From: Octopus vulgaris
Taxonomy: Eukaryota
Length of the DNA stretch: 64,000 nt
Direction: 5' to 3'
Assembly (NCBI GenBank): GCA_951406725.2
Contig: OX597814.1
Location: 197,904,001-197,968,000, forward strand
The position numbers and the translations under genes were made by a program. This document shows, in pieces, positions 41,905-54,374 of the stretch. The notes beneath the pieces are model-generated. The model worked only from the letters and a program-made list of their open reading frames with translations, ran no database searches and had not been told where the DNA came from. How positions within the stretch are numbered: position 1 is the stretch's first letter; each line of letters opens with the position of its first letter.

Positions 41905-42075
41905 CTCTCCCTCCTTTTTTCTCTCCTTGTTTTTTCTGTGTCCCTTTCTGTAGAAGAGCGTAGGCTCGAAACGTAAAAGACTTTTTCTATTCCTGAGCGT
42001 TATACTAATACATCTGCTTATTTTGTACACCACCTGTCTTCGTCTTTTGTTTTTTTTCGTAAACTCTCCCTCTAT
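41905..42075 (+). mobile_element. Penelope-like pseudo-LTR fragment with hammerhead-like motif (41944-41979)
   Basis: cttt CTGTAGA A GAGC gtag GCTC GAAA CG TA aaag. Confidence 0.7.
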
Positions 42076-42080
42076 ATATA

Positions 42081-42470
42081 CTCTTTACTCTTTTACTTGT
42101 TTCATTCATTTGACTGCGGCCATGCTGGAGCACCGCCTCTAGCAAATCGACCCCGGGACTTATTCTTTGTAAGCCCAGTACTTATTCTATCGGTCTCTTT
42201 TGCCGAACCGCTAAGTGACGGGGACGTAAACACACCAGCATCGGTTGTCAAGCAATGCTAGGGGGACAAACACACACACACACACACACATACATACACA
42301 TATATATATATACATATATACGACAGGCTTCTTTCAGTTTCCGTCTACCAAATCCACTCACAAGGCATTGGTCGACCCGGGGCTATAGCAGAAGACACTT
42401 GCCCAAGATGCCACGCAGTGGGACTGAACCCGGAACCATGTGGTTGGTTAGCAAGCTACTTACCACACAA
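42081..42470 (-). mobile_element. SINE family A
   Basis: Reverse complement of the consensus. Confidence 0.92.
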
Positions 42471-42605
42471 CCTGGTTTGTTTTTTGTTCGTTTGTTTGTT
42501 TTGGGGTTTTATTTTTCAGAAAGAACATTAAGAAATTAGTGTTTTTTTAATAAATTTCGTGTAATGTAGCTGATAATTCAAGAGAGAACAACTTCGGATT
42601 ACCAG

Positions 42606-42770
42606 CTGAATGATCGGAAAAGTAACTCGAAGTACTAAAATTATGAACCTTTTCAGTTATAAAATCTTAAAGAATATTCTATAGCTATACATTGAATAAT
42701 CCAGTAATTTATAACTGAAAGGGTTCATAATTTTAGTACTTCGAGTAATTTATTCCTTCTCGGTGATTCA
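42606..42770. repeat. Inverted repeat immediately 5' of a Penelope-like element
   Basis: actcgaagtactaaaattatgaacc.tttcagttataaa versus tttataactgaaagggttcataattttagtacttcgagt. Confidence 0.9.
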
Positions 42771-43757
42771 GTACACATCCAATAACCCAAAATGCCCACC
42801 CAAACTTAGATATGTAAAGCCATCTTCCGAAAACAGTCAACAAAAAAAATGCTTTGACAGTATCTTTCAACGTAGTGAATCCCTAGTCAAACATCCCTCA
42901 CGACTCAGGAACTGAGGCTATTAAATTCTGGTTGGATAATTATGCAGGTGAACTCCCCTATCGGATGAAAAAATTTCCTAAGACTAAAATTTATTATAGA
43001 AAATAATTACTGGAATTGCGATGGGAATGAAAACAGCCTTCCCCACTCCCACACTTAGCGAATCTAGTTATGGGTCATCTAGGGATTACATTATACAAAA
43101 ACTACTAAGAAAATATGGAAACTCCTTTTTCATATACATACGAGAAAACTGTAAAAGACATCTCGTAGATTGCTTCATTCTATGGAATGAAAGCTCAGAA
43201 AAACTAAAAGAATTTGAAGCAACCCTCAATGGAATTAATGAAGTTATTCAATTTACCATGGAATATAGCCATAACCAACTCCCATTTTCAAGCATCTTTA
43301 TAAAGAGAATCAACAACCAAATAGAAACGGTTAACAATAAACCTACAGATTTCAAACAATTATCATCCTTTCAATTTACGTCATTCGTGACACACCAGAA
43401 TAAATGACCGTTACAACCAAGCCAGAAGGATCGGCACGATACTATCCGTTACAAAAATCCGTGACATAAGACTCCAAGAACTGAAAGATACACTCTTTGG
43501 CTGGAATTACCCAACAACCTTAATCGATACGAGAATACAACGAACCAAGACATTCTGTATCCATGAGCTGAAAACAAACAAAACAAAGAAACGAGTCGAA
43601 ATCCTAGCATACATTTCCGCATACAATCTCAAAAACAATGAGGCCTACAACATTATATTCCAAAATATAACGCTACTGAACAAGGAGCCCAGGCTGAACC
43701 AAATCCGCTAAACATAAAGAGTAGAGCAACGCAAATCGATGAAAAAATACTAACAAA

Positions 43758-43925
43758 GGCGCGGGAGTGGCTCTGTGGTAAGTAGCTTGCTTACCAACCA
43801 CATATGGTTCCGGGTTCAGTTCCACTGCGTGGCACCTTGGGCAAGTGTCTTCTACTATAGCCTCGGATCGTCCAAAGCCTTGTGAGTGGATTTTGGTAAA
43901 CGGAAACTGAAAGAAGCCCATCGTG

Positions 43926-43968
<43 letters not shown>

Positions 43969-44168
43969 TTGACCCCACTAACATCGCTTGACAACCGATG
44001 TTGGTGTGTTTACGTCCCCGTAACTAAGCGGTTCGGCAAGAGAGACTGATAGAATAAGTAGTAGACTTACAAAGAATAAGTCCTGGGGGTCGATTTGCTC
44101 GACAAAAGGCGGTGCTCCAGCATGGCCACAGTCAAATGACTGAAACAAATAAAAGAATAAAAAAAAAA
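43758..44168 (+). mobile_element. SINE family A inserted in the Penelope ORF
   Basis: Full head to tail; the host ORF resumes at about 44175. Confidence 0.92.
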
Positions 44169-44558
44169 GAATGAAGGCCAAACTTCACACAATGACAACA
44201 GGACCAATAGTAAAAAATTTAGAAGTCCCTACTTTTAATCTGAAAGAAGGACCAGGGTTCCGTTTTAAACAAGGAAAACTCTTCACAATAAAAAAAATAA
44301 CTTCACCTGTGCATCTGAAAAACTAATCTATGCCATAAACATGCTCAGGATGCGGAGAACCTTACATTGATCAGGTGGGAGGGACTTTGTGACAATGCAT
44401 GATGTTGCAATTGAAATACGGGGGTGCAGACAAGTAGGATTCAGTGAATATATATAGGCGCAATTGTAGGCAAGAAACAATCAAACTTAATGATTTTTCC
44501 CTCTGTATCAATTTAACTTTAACATAATCCAACAGCAGTGAATCTACAAAGAAATATC

Positions 44559-45023
44559 GGAGCTAATGCAATTTCGCACCTCCCCTTGAAAAATGCACTT
44601 TTTTTTTTTAATATATTTTCGGATCCCTACGTTTTAGATGTCGAAGATTACGAATATGCAAATTTGAGCCCCTTATTAAACTTTTTAACATTAATTATTA
44701 AACAGTAATGTTTGTTTCTCATAAAATGGCGTGTATTTGATTTACATTCAATTATCATTTACGATTATTTTAGGCAAACACAAGTAAAACGCGAATTCTT
44801 TTCACTTCAATGTTTTTATCTGTATTTAATTTCGATTTGCATATGTTCGTCAATTCGCTACGATCTCAAAGTAAACAAAAAAAAATTTTAATGGTGCGGG
44901 TGGGGGTGAAATTTAAATTTTTTGGCATATTCGATATCTCCGACATGTAAAACGTAGAAAGCCAAAAAAAATTTTTTTTTTAAATGCATTTTTCAAGGAG
45001 AGGTGCGAAACTACATTAGCCTC
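44559..45023. mobile_element. MITE with about 38-bp TIRs and 8-bp TSD (Merlin-like)
   Basis: TIR gctaatgcaatttcgcacctc / gaggtgcgaaactacattagc; TSD gaaatatc on both sides; removing it restores the end of the GIY-YIG domain. Confidence 0.85.
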
Positions 45024-45740
45024 GAAATATCTTAACCAAATACCAATCACGTTTAAACTGTTGTGGCTCGAAGACAACAACCAGCAACACTGCTGCAACC
45101 TTTTGTTATAGTCACCACAACATCTACTTGTTAGAAGGACAAATGCTAAAGCCACCGAAAGCTATAACTAGTGTAGCTGCTGCTGCTGCCACTAACAACT
45201 ATCTACTACTTCTGTTAATTGTTGTCCAGCAATAATCAGAAGAAAACGAAATACAACACCATGTGAAAAACAGAACTAATATCATGGAAGATTTATTTAT
45301 TTCACTTTCCCCTTTTATTTTTGCATGGCTAGATCATTGTCTTAAAGCAATAGAAACCGGTAGTTACTCATTTAGATAAATATAGATAGGTAGATAGATA
45401 GGTAGGTAGGTAGGTAGGTAGGTAGGTAGGTAGGTAGGTATGTAGATAGATAGGTATGTAGATAGATAGGTGGGTAGTTAGATAGGTGGGTAGTTAGATA
45501 GGTGGGTAGTTAGATAGATAGAGAGGTAGGTAGATAGACAAATATGAACATATGTGCGTGTGTGATGTACGTAATGGATCCCCGTCCGTTGTCGCATATA
45601 AAGTGTATAAAATATCCACATACATGTATATAGTATTGGTATGTTTTGGCACTACTTTGTTCTCTCTTGTAGCCACTGACCTTCAGTGATTTGATTCTTC
45701 TAACAAAGTGAAACTTGTCTTTCATAATATAGGTTGTCAT

Positions 45741-46398
45741 GGCAGCGAACCGGCAGAAACGTTAGCACGCCGGGCGAAATGCTTAGCGGTATTTTGTCTG
45801 CCGCTACGTTCTGAGTTCAAATTCCGCCGAGGTCGACTTTGCCTTTCATCCTTTCGGTGTCGATAAATTAAGAACTAGTTGCGTACTGGGTCAATCTAAT
45901 TGACTGCCCCCCCCCCACCTCACCAAACATTTCGGGCCTTGTGCCTACAGTAGAAAAGAATATATATTTCGTTACTACCCAGAAGGGGCTAAATACAGAG
46001 GGGACAAACAAGGACAGACAAAGGGATTAAGTCAATTACATCGAGCCCAGTGTGTAACTGATACTTATTTAATCGACCCCGAAAGGATGAAAGGCAAGGT
46101 CGACTTCGGCGGAAATTGAACTCAGAACGTAACGGCAGACGAAATACCTATTTCTTTACTACCCACAAGGGGCTAAACATAGAGGGGACAAACAAGGACA
46201 GACAAACGGATTAAGTCGATTATATCGACCCCAGTGCGTAACTGGTACTTACTTAATCGACCCCGAAAGGATGAAAGGCAAAGTCGACCTCGGCGGAATT
46301 TGAACTCAGAACGTAGCGGCAGACGAAATCCGGCTCCGCATTTCGCCCGGCGTGCTAACGTTTCCGCCAGCTCACCGGCAGACGAAATACCGCTTAGC
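45741..46398. mobile_element. Cluster of family B SINEs: plus copy, then nested minus-strand copies
   Basis: Repeated central domains; one copy sits inside the head of another with gcagacgaaatacc duplicated. Confidence 0.9.
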
Positions 46399-46679
46399 TA
46401 GAGGAAGCAAGACGGTACCTGTCACCACCTTCGGGACCCCTAGAACTTGTGGGAGGATAGAAGGGAGTTCTCAGATTAGAGAACTTACTTTAATGCTTGA
46501 GGGGAAGGGTCCGCTAAAATCACCCAGGAGTCAGGTGGTGATGTTATGCGAGGTGACGGTTTAAGTCCACCATCTCAAAACATGAACAGCTCTTTTGAAG
46601 AGCTCCCACACAGTTTCCGCCTTCTAAACTTGCTTTGCAAGGCTTTAGTCGAGCCGAGGCGATGATAGAAATAGAAAAC

Positions 46680-47085
46680 GGCGGCGAGCTGGCAGAATCG
46701 TTAGTACGCCGGGCGAAATGTTTAGCGGTATTTCGTCTGCCGTTACGTTCTGAGTTCAAATTCCGCCGAGGTCAACTTTGCCTTTCATCCTTTCGGGGTC
46801 GATAAATTAAGTACCAGTTACGCACTGGGGTCGATGTAATCGACTTAATACCTATGTCTTTCCTTGTTTGTCCCCTCTGTGTTTAGCCCCTTGTGGGTAG
46901 TAAAGAAATAGGTATTTCGCCTGCCGCTACGTTCTGGGTTCAAATTCCGCCGAGGTCGACTTTGCCTTTCATCCTTTCGGGGTCGATAAATTAAGTATCA
47001 GTTACGCTCTGGGTCGATGTAATCGACTTAATCCTTTTGTCTGTCCCCTCCATGTTTAGCCCCTTGTGGACAATAAAGAAATAAG
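46680..47085 (+). mobile_element. Nested or tandem family B SINEs
   Basis: First tail joins ggtatttcg of a second copy; outer direct repeat agaaatagaaaac. Confidence 0.9.
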
Positions 47086-48059
47086 AAATAGAAAACATTG
47101 GCCCAAAATTCCGGGCGGTAGAATTGAACCCTGAACTACATAATTGCTGAACAAATTTCTTGACTACGCAATCATCCTTCCGCCCATAACTTGTTATTTC
47201 AAACAATAAAGTGTTTTGCTTCTTTTTTTTTACCTTTTCACATGTGAACACCTAGTGTTCAAATATGATCGAGGGAGCTGATCAGGTTTGATAAAATTCC
47301 AGACTACCATCCAAATTTCGCATCCTGTCACTAACATATTCCGTCCACCGTTCAACTACGTTTCATTTCAGCAACCGCTAAATATTGATGATTTGTGGTA
47401 AGGTCCCAGCTATAAACAACGGAGAGAGTGTAATATTCACGAATGCTTGCTCAGTTTGCCCAAGCTGAACGTTTGGCTTTCGGAGGCTGATTTGCTCAGA
47501 GCTAAAAGGACGTTTCAACACGATAAACTAACAAGATTACGTCCCGTACAGTTCTGATCGGATCTGCACGTTACTTAAGACATTTAGATCAGTCTGTCTG
47601 GACATGGTTAAATAAAATTCTATAAATATTCCTCGATAAAGTATCTAATATTTTCTTACGTCTACAGAGATTTAGTTCTAAAGGTATTTCGACTTTTCTA
47701 AAAGTATCCAGTTCTAAAAATAACTGAACTGTTCTTGTCAAAATATACACAATATTACCGTTTCCTTCTGTCAGCAGCACAAATAAATAGTTTCAAAGTA
47801 TTTCATACTTTCCTATAAATATAAGTGACATATCAATAATTCTGTTTTGAATGTATCTGCTGCGTGTACAGGGATTATATGATTCCGTCAGATTTTCTAA
47901 ATATATCGGAAAATGTGTTTAAATCATCTAGAAATTCGTTCTATCTCTGAAATAAACAGCCGAACGTTATTCTTGTAAATGTATGAAAAATGTTCAGTGA
48001 AATCGTAAAAGTGAATTGTTGTTTTTCAATACCTAGCTAAGTAAAGTAGATGCTATATA

Positions 48060-48255
48060 CCGTATTTAACGGTATATAAAAAAAAACACACACACAAGCA
48101 AATTAGACGCACCCTAATTTCAGGAGTTAATATTCAAGGAAAAGTGAGCGTCTGGCACAACATTTAGCTTTTAGGAGACCCAACATAGGACAGGGGGTAA
48201 TCTTTCGAGACATTTTTTGAGATAAAAAGTGTATCGTATATGCTATCAAATACGC
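48060..48255. mobile_element. Degenerate Tc1/mariner-type MITE
   Basis: TA|ccgtattt...tagacgcaccc left end; right end caaatacg cut by the next element. Confidence 0.55.
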
Positions 48256-48256
48256 C

Positions 48257-48668
48257 GGATCTTTTCGGTTTGAACGGCAGTTTTTTCTAGCGGTGTCATA
48301 TGAAATTGTCACCCATAATTATGACCCTAGTATCGATCTATTGCATTTCAAATTGTCTAAGGGTTAGGGGTGGGGGAAGGGTATCTTTTTTTTCTTCACA
48401 AATGTAAATAAACCCAATCTGTTTCTTAAACGAGGGACATATTCATACAGCACAGAATGTTTTTTTACCTCAATAGACGTCAGTGATTGGTTGAAATTGC
48501 AGAAATTGAAGAAAAAAAAACAAATATCTTACAATCTATAGAATTTTCTCAATAAAGCCAAGAGAAAAAGATGTTTTATAAACACATTCTACCAGTATAC
48601 GAAGTTTAAAATTTTTTTTAGTTACCTAGAAATTATGTTAAAAACTGCCGTTCAAACCGAAAAGATCC
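48257..48668. mobile_element. 412-bp MITE with perfect TIRs and 8-bp TSD (Merlin-like)
   Basis: TIR ggatcttttcggtttgaacggcagttttt and its exact reverse complement; TSD aatacgcc at 48249 and 48669. Confidence 0.92.
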
Positions 48669-50034
48669 AATACGCCAGTGTACAGAATGAGATGTATTGT
48701 GTAGCGATTAAAATGCACAAAAAAAAAATAGAAAACATCTTAAAATTGACTTAGAAAGAAATTCAGATATTTTTAAAGCTGGTAGTAAATACTTTGTGCC
48801 ATTGTTGTTACTGTTGCTTCCATTATACAAACTGTGAACACATTATGGAGATCCTACAAGTTAAATAACAAACTTTTTACACCGAGTCGACATTTGTTTT
48901 TTTTTTTTTCCTTGTTATAATTGTTTTGTCGTTTAGTTATTGTTGAAAAGAATGGTTGTTATATAGTTATATGTATTTTATAAAAAATTTCTTATCGATT
49001 TTCTTATCTTTGGTGTCAGTAGACGAACTTTCAATCATTGTTTATTATGTCTTTCTGAAAATGAGAAATGCTTGTCTGAAAAGGGGGAAAATCATACAAT
49101 ACAAAACGAAAAAGGAAAAAGCAACTTATAGTGGAGACTATCCTTTCATTCTTGTCACAATATAACTAAATTGTCTAGATAGATGTATGTATACATCCAT
49201 CAAGATATACTTATATTACTCACACACACTGGCGTATATATATATATATGGATATATATATATATATTCGGCTTACCTTGAGAATTTGGTTAGTTTTCAT
49301 CAATGTACTCCGATGGTAAATATGGCGTGATTGGGTAGTAAACTTATCGTTTGCTTCTTATCATATGAATAAAAGCAGATGAGAACCGAAAATTATCAAA
49401 GCACAGATGAGCGCAATGGTGGAAAGAGAAATGAGAGATTTGAAAAACAAAAATACAATGAAAAATAAAAAAAAAAAGAAAGAGAGAAAATGTGGAATAA
49501 GAAAGAATATGACGCCACAGGAGATTACAAATTAGATATATAGACAGACCGATAGGCAGATGCAGTTAGATATAAATACATATAAAGACACGACTAGATA
49601 TAGAGGCATAAATTCGTAGATAAATGTTTAACACAAAAGGGACAATACAAAAGAGAAAACTAATTCGATCGCCCACTAGTTATTAGATAACCTGGAAATG
49701 AATTTAGTGACTACTTTCCTACAATACTAAACTTATAGTTGTTGTTATTATATAGAATTACTGCTTAACAGTAACTTGTTCAATGTTATAGATAGATAGA
49801 TAGATAGATAGATATAGTATTTTTAATAATATTTCCCTCTAACCGCTAACAATCCTAAACATTGCACGCATCACTCTAGATTGTCTCTATTGATTTATTG
49901 GTGAGCTAACAGAATCGTTAGAAAAATGTGTTCGCTCCGACTTCTAAGATTCTGATTTCAAATCAGGTCAACTTTGCTTTTCTCCCTTCGATAAATGAAA
50001 ATTATCAGTCAAGTACTAACTTACTACTTGTACT

Positions 50035-50366
50035 TGCGGCGACATTAACCCTGGGCGGGTTGAGTCGGCTTCTTCTACTCATGCAAGAAGTTTCGTGGGA
50101 ATATGTGGATTTTACAAGCGGTCCCCAACATCCTGTTTGCCGCAGATTGTCCGCATACGCAGGGACAGAACGACCGAGGAGCCGCCGGTTGCCGAAACAG
50201 ACACTCCGAGGATTTTCACTAGAGCCCCGTCTGCCGGGTTGTGGCCCTAATACCACTCGGTGTCAGACCAATCCGCCTTGGGTGGCCCTACCAGGAACCG
50301 AAGTTTCCGACGGCATAGCTCTGACACTACCCGTTGCCGGCGTCCCCACCACGGTGAGGAGGGGAT
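50035..50366 (-). mobile_element. 5' UTR of an RTE-clade LINE
   Basis: GC-rich island; minus strand ccgtggtgggg...gagctatgccgtcgg...ctggtagggccacccaaggcgga, resembling RTE/BovB/Rex3 5' ends as recalled. Confidence 0.65.
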
Positions 50367-50419
50367 GGACTTTATGGATTAACACTCACTCCTCAAAATA
50401 ACTAGACTTGTGCTCAAAT

Positions 50420-50882
50420 TTGGATCATTTATAATATTGTTCGTAAATTTTGACACAAGAACGTAAAGACAAATGAAATGCCGCTGAGCATTTTGTCCGG
50501 CACGGTAACACCGATTCTGCCAGATTACTGCCTTGATGCTTTTAAATATTGGTTTCAAATTTGGGCACAAGGCCAGCAATTTCGGGGGAGGGTGCAAGTT
50601 GATTTCAGCAACCCTAGTTCTCAACTGGTACTCATTTTATCGGCCCTGAAAGGATGAAAAGCAAAGTCGGCCTCAGCAGAATTTGAACTCATAGCGTAAA
50701 GACGGCCGAAATGCTATTAAGCGTTTTACCCGGCATTTTAATGATTCTGCCAGCTTACCGCCTTAAAAGGGAAGAAAGGTAATGTCGGCCTCAGTGAAAT
50801 TTGGACTCAGAACATGAAGACGGACGAAATGCCGCTAAGCAATTTGTCCGGCAGGCTAACGATTCTGCGAGCCTGCCACTCT
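50420..50882 (-). mobile_element. Three degenerate family B SINE pieces
   Basis: Repeated gattctgccagc and gaatttgaactc motifs. Confidence 0.75.
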
Positions 50883-51334
50883 TAGCGAACATTTCTAATA
50901 TTAATCAACAGTACAGTAATTCCTTGCCATATCGCGGTTCATCGATCGCCGTTTATTATTTAAGCTTACGCCGATTCCTCCGCGGTGTTAGTATATAATG
51001 GTGGCAAGTTTTACATTATCTGAAAAGTCATTAGTTGAACTATTAGTCCTCTTGCATTCTGGGGGGGGTATCGGAGCGTAGAGTGACATTAGACCCCCAA
51101 TAAACGCCCATAAATTAAATGCATCTATCTGGGCTACGATCGTGGCCCGTCGCACTTTATATGTTAAGAAAGTTTCTTCTATAACCTCAGGCTGACCAAA
51201 GACTTGTGAATGAATTTGGTAGATGGAAACTGAAAGCCCGTCGTATATAAAGGGTAAAATTAATTAATTAATAATTAATAATTCCACCCAGTAGTATTCG
51301 ATATGTTAAAAGGACCATTTTCGGTAAACTTAAA

Positions 51335-51538
51335 TAATATTTTTTATAATTATGAGCATATAATTATAATTAGGGTTCAGCAAAAAATTTGCTTCAACAC
51401 ATACCGAACTTTAGAAATAGCAGCTAAAGAACCTAGCTATTTCTTAGCAGCTATTTCTAAAGTTCGGTATGTGGTGAAGCAAATTTTTTTGCTGAACCCT
51501 AATTATAATTATACTCATAATTATAAAAAAATATTATA
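51335..51538. repeat. Near-perfect palindrome of about 204 bp
   Basis: taattagggttcagcaaaaaatttgcttca.cacataccgaactttagaaatagc versus its reverse complement. Confidence 0.93.
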
Positions 51539-51564
51539 TATATATATACACACACGACGGACTT

Positions 51565-51614
<50 letters not shown>

Positions 51615-51660
51615 AAACAAGTCAAAATAGAAAATGCTAAAATAATTTTATAAAGAACAT

Positions 51661-51700
51661 TTCAGTACCGGTTTCGGTCATTTTGAGACCTTTTCAACCT
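51661..51700 (-). ncRNA. Hammerhead-like motif, U3-A8 variant
   Basis: Minus strand: TTGAAAA GGTC tcaaaat GACC GAAA CCGG TA. Confidence 0.6.
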
Positions 51701-52037
51701 TAACGATTAAATAATTAAATTTAGAAAAATTAGAAGAAAAGTTTTTTTAAAGGAATATTTGTATAGTGTTCAAATATAAGTGGCATTCTGCCTTTCTCTG
51801 TCTCCCTTGTTTGCACTTGTGTGTTCGAGGTCGTTGTGAATTCTTGGTAGGGTAGAAGAAGAGGAGGGATGATGAGGAGAAGGGGTGGAGAAATTTGGGA
51901 GTGCCTTGATTGTCGTATTTTGAATGGTCAGTTGCAGTTCAATTCAGGAGAATATTTCTATTGAAAGGTTTATTTATGGAATTTGCGTAGGTGTTATACT
52001 AAAGAGCATTAGTGATAAAGTTAAGAGGTAGAAGGTG

Positions 52038-52215
52038 GAGAAGAAGAAGAAGAAGAAGAAGAAGAAGAAGAAGAAGATGACGATGTTGATGATGATGAAG
52101 AAGAAGAAGAAGAAGAAGGAGAAGGAGAAGAAGAAGATGATGATGATGGTGATGATGATGACAACGATGATGATGATAATGATGATGATGAAGAAGAAGA
52201 GGAAGAAGAAGAAAA
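52038..52215. repeat. (GAA)n/(GAT)n microsatellite within the Penelope 3' UTR
   Basis: Directly visible. Confidence 0.95.
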
Positions 52216-52374
52216 CAGAGAAGGGAGAATATGAATGGGTGAAAGTAGTGAGGTGTTGTATGACTTGAAGTTGGCATGTTATGGATTATAGCTGTGATTG
52301 GGGCTGATTTGTAATGGATTCTTTGGAATGTAATATTTGTGTGTGTATTTCTTTTATTCTAAAGTTGAGGTATA

Positions 52375-53405
52375 TTAATCGTTTGTCGTAGACCCGTTAA
52401 GAAGTGGCCTGTATTTTGTAATAAAGAGAGTTTCTTTACTTATTCGTTGTCTCGAGGTTGTATCGTCCCTAAATTGGTAGAGGGGGAAAATCCTGAAGCC
52501 TGGTGTTTTGTTGTTGGCGCAAGTATCTATGTGTTGGCTGAAAGCTATTTTTCTGTTTTGGGGAATTTTTATCTGGGATCTGTGCAGGGCCATTCTTTTA
52601 CGCAAACTATTTTTTGTTTGGCCTATGTACTGCTCTTGACACCCGGAGCAGGTTAGTGAGTATATTAGGTTCTCCGAAGCACATGTGAAGTTGCTTTTCA
52701 CTGTAAACCGTTGTCCCTGTTTGAAGGAGAACTCTGATCCCTCAATTAGATAATCGCATATCCCGCAATTGGGTCTTCCACATTTTTTACTGTCGGCTTC
52801 TGTGTTGAAGAGTGAATTCAGGCTTGTGTTAGGAGACTTTTCATGGATTTAGGCTGTCTCTTGCTTTTTATGATCGTGTGTGTTTGGAGGATTGTGTTCA
52901 TTCTGTGGTCTTTTTTTAGGAGGGGTATGTTGTGGAGGATGGTGCCGAAGGCTTCGTTATTGAGAGGGTTGTGTGTGGAGATGTATGGTAAGGCTTTTGG
53001 TCGTAAGTTTTTCTTTGATTTGGGATGTCTCAGTTCCTTGATGTTAAGTTGAAGGGCACGTTGAATGCACTTGTCAATAAGTGAAGGTGGATAGTTCCCG
53101 GTGATAAGGGTATCTTTTAGTTCTTGTAGTCGTGTGTCTCTGGTGTTTGCATTAGAGACTATAGTGCATATCCTTTTTGCTAGATTGCAGGGGATATTCA
53201 TCCTGGTGTGTCTGGGGTGGCATGAATTGAATGGAAGATATTGCTTAGAGTCTGTAGGCTTATAATATATGTCTGTTTCTATTACATTATTAGCTTTCTT
53301 AATGAGGATATCGAGGAAGGGGAGTTGTTGCTGGCTATATTCCATCGTGAATTGGATGTTTACGTCCAGTCCATTTAAAATTTCCTGGAATTCTATGAGT
53401 TTTTC
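52375..53405 (-). pseudogene. Penelope RT C-terminus plus GIY-YIG endonuclease (one TGA, one frameshift)
   Basis: IQFTME..LPFLDI..YYKPTD..YL.FNSCHP; CGRPNCGIC; NLIYSLTCSGCQEQYIGQT..LRKRM.LH; KE.LFI.KY.P.LN. Confidence 0.92.
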
Positions 53406-53433
53406 TATATTTTTATGCTAAAGAATGAAACAG

Positions 53434-53549
<116 letters not shown>

Positions 53550-54374
53550 ATACGACGGACTTCTTTATATACATATATATATATATCCATCAAATCGAAA
53601 TTGCTTGTACAGGTGCACGACGTGCAACACGTCAGATGCGGAGGGATTGCAAAGTAACGTGAGATGAAGTGTTTTGCTAAAGAGAGCACAAAGCAACGAT
53701 CGGTCTGAGAATCGAAACCACAATCACAAGTTCAACACGATATTTTTTTTCAATTAAAATATTATATTCTATATATTAGAATTTTCAAAAAATATCAGAG
53801 ATAATAAAATATCCCAATTGTTTTACGATACAATCAAAGACTGTATCTACATAATTAAGAATGAGCGATTTTATAATAAGAAAGGCATCTTCGCTACCTC
53901 CTATTCCCAAGTTCAAATTGTAGAGGAGATAATAATAATACTTCTCTTTCACCAATTCTAAGTTCATTTTAGTCTAACATCCCAACAGAGTAGATAATAT
54001 AAATATCGGTACTATATTATGATAAATTCAATTCATTTTACAACTTTTACACACACAAAAAATCAATATTAGGGAGACGGCTACAGCTTTCACAACAGGC
54101 ATTTTAAAATCAGCCATGTTTCTGACTAGGTTTTATATGATTTTGATTCAACGATGGTCAAAAGTTTCCTGAGCAGCGCCAAGTGAAAATAATCGATAAA
54201 GCGACGTGTTATAGATTTTGGCAATTATTCGAGTACGGCTGAAGCAAAAGCAAACATGTTTGTGCGAAATCTTTTCAGACGGTGAGTGTGATGAGGTAAG
54301 CCATAGAAACTAGAAATCCAGCGAGTCGTCACTGACGGCTTCTACGTTGTACAGTGCAGCTGATGCTTGTTTGT

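Larger units (their letters stand above)
42775..45060 (+). mobile_element. Decayed Penelope-like element (RT + GIY-YIG), interrupted by a SINE and a MITE
   Basis: SNIPH, GIAMG, LANLVMG, DCFILW, IQFTMEYS..QLPF, KPTD, NFTCASEKLIY, CSGCGEPYI; homologous to 52375-53405. Confidence 0.85.
51611..53405 (-). mobile_element. 5'-truncated Penelope-like element with 3' UTR/pseudo-LTR
   Basis: RT thumb and GIY-YIG ORF, then a 3' UTR with a hammerhead-like motif, ending at (TA)n. Confidence 0.9.

Noticed and set aside
47372-47397. Plus-strand micro-exon candidate ttcag|QPLNIDDLW|gtaagg
   Set aside because: A 26-nt AG...GT pair is expected by chance in 64 kb; no partner exons recognised
49266-49306. Minus-strand ttgatga...ggtaagccgaa hammerhead remnant
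   Set aside because: The 3' half is replaced by (TA)n and stem II is mismatched
49928-50401. 157-aa ORF in a GC-rich island
   Set aside because: Antisense read-through of an RTE 5' UTR plus SINE fragments
54279-54301. cttttcag followed by gtgagt/gtaagc donors
   Set aside because: Splice-like motifs only, with no coding support
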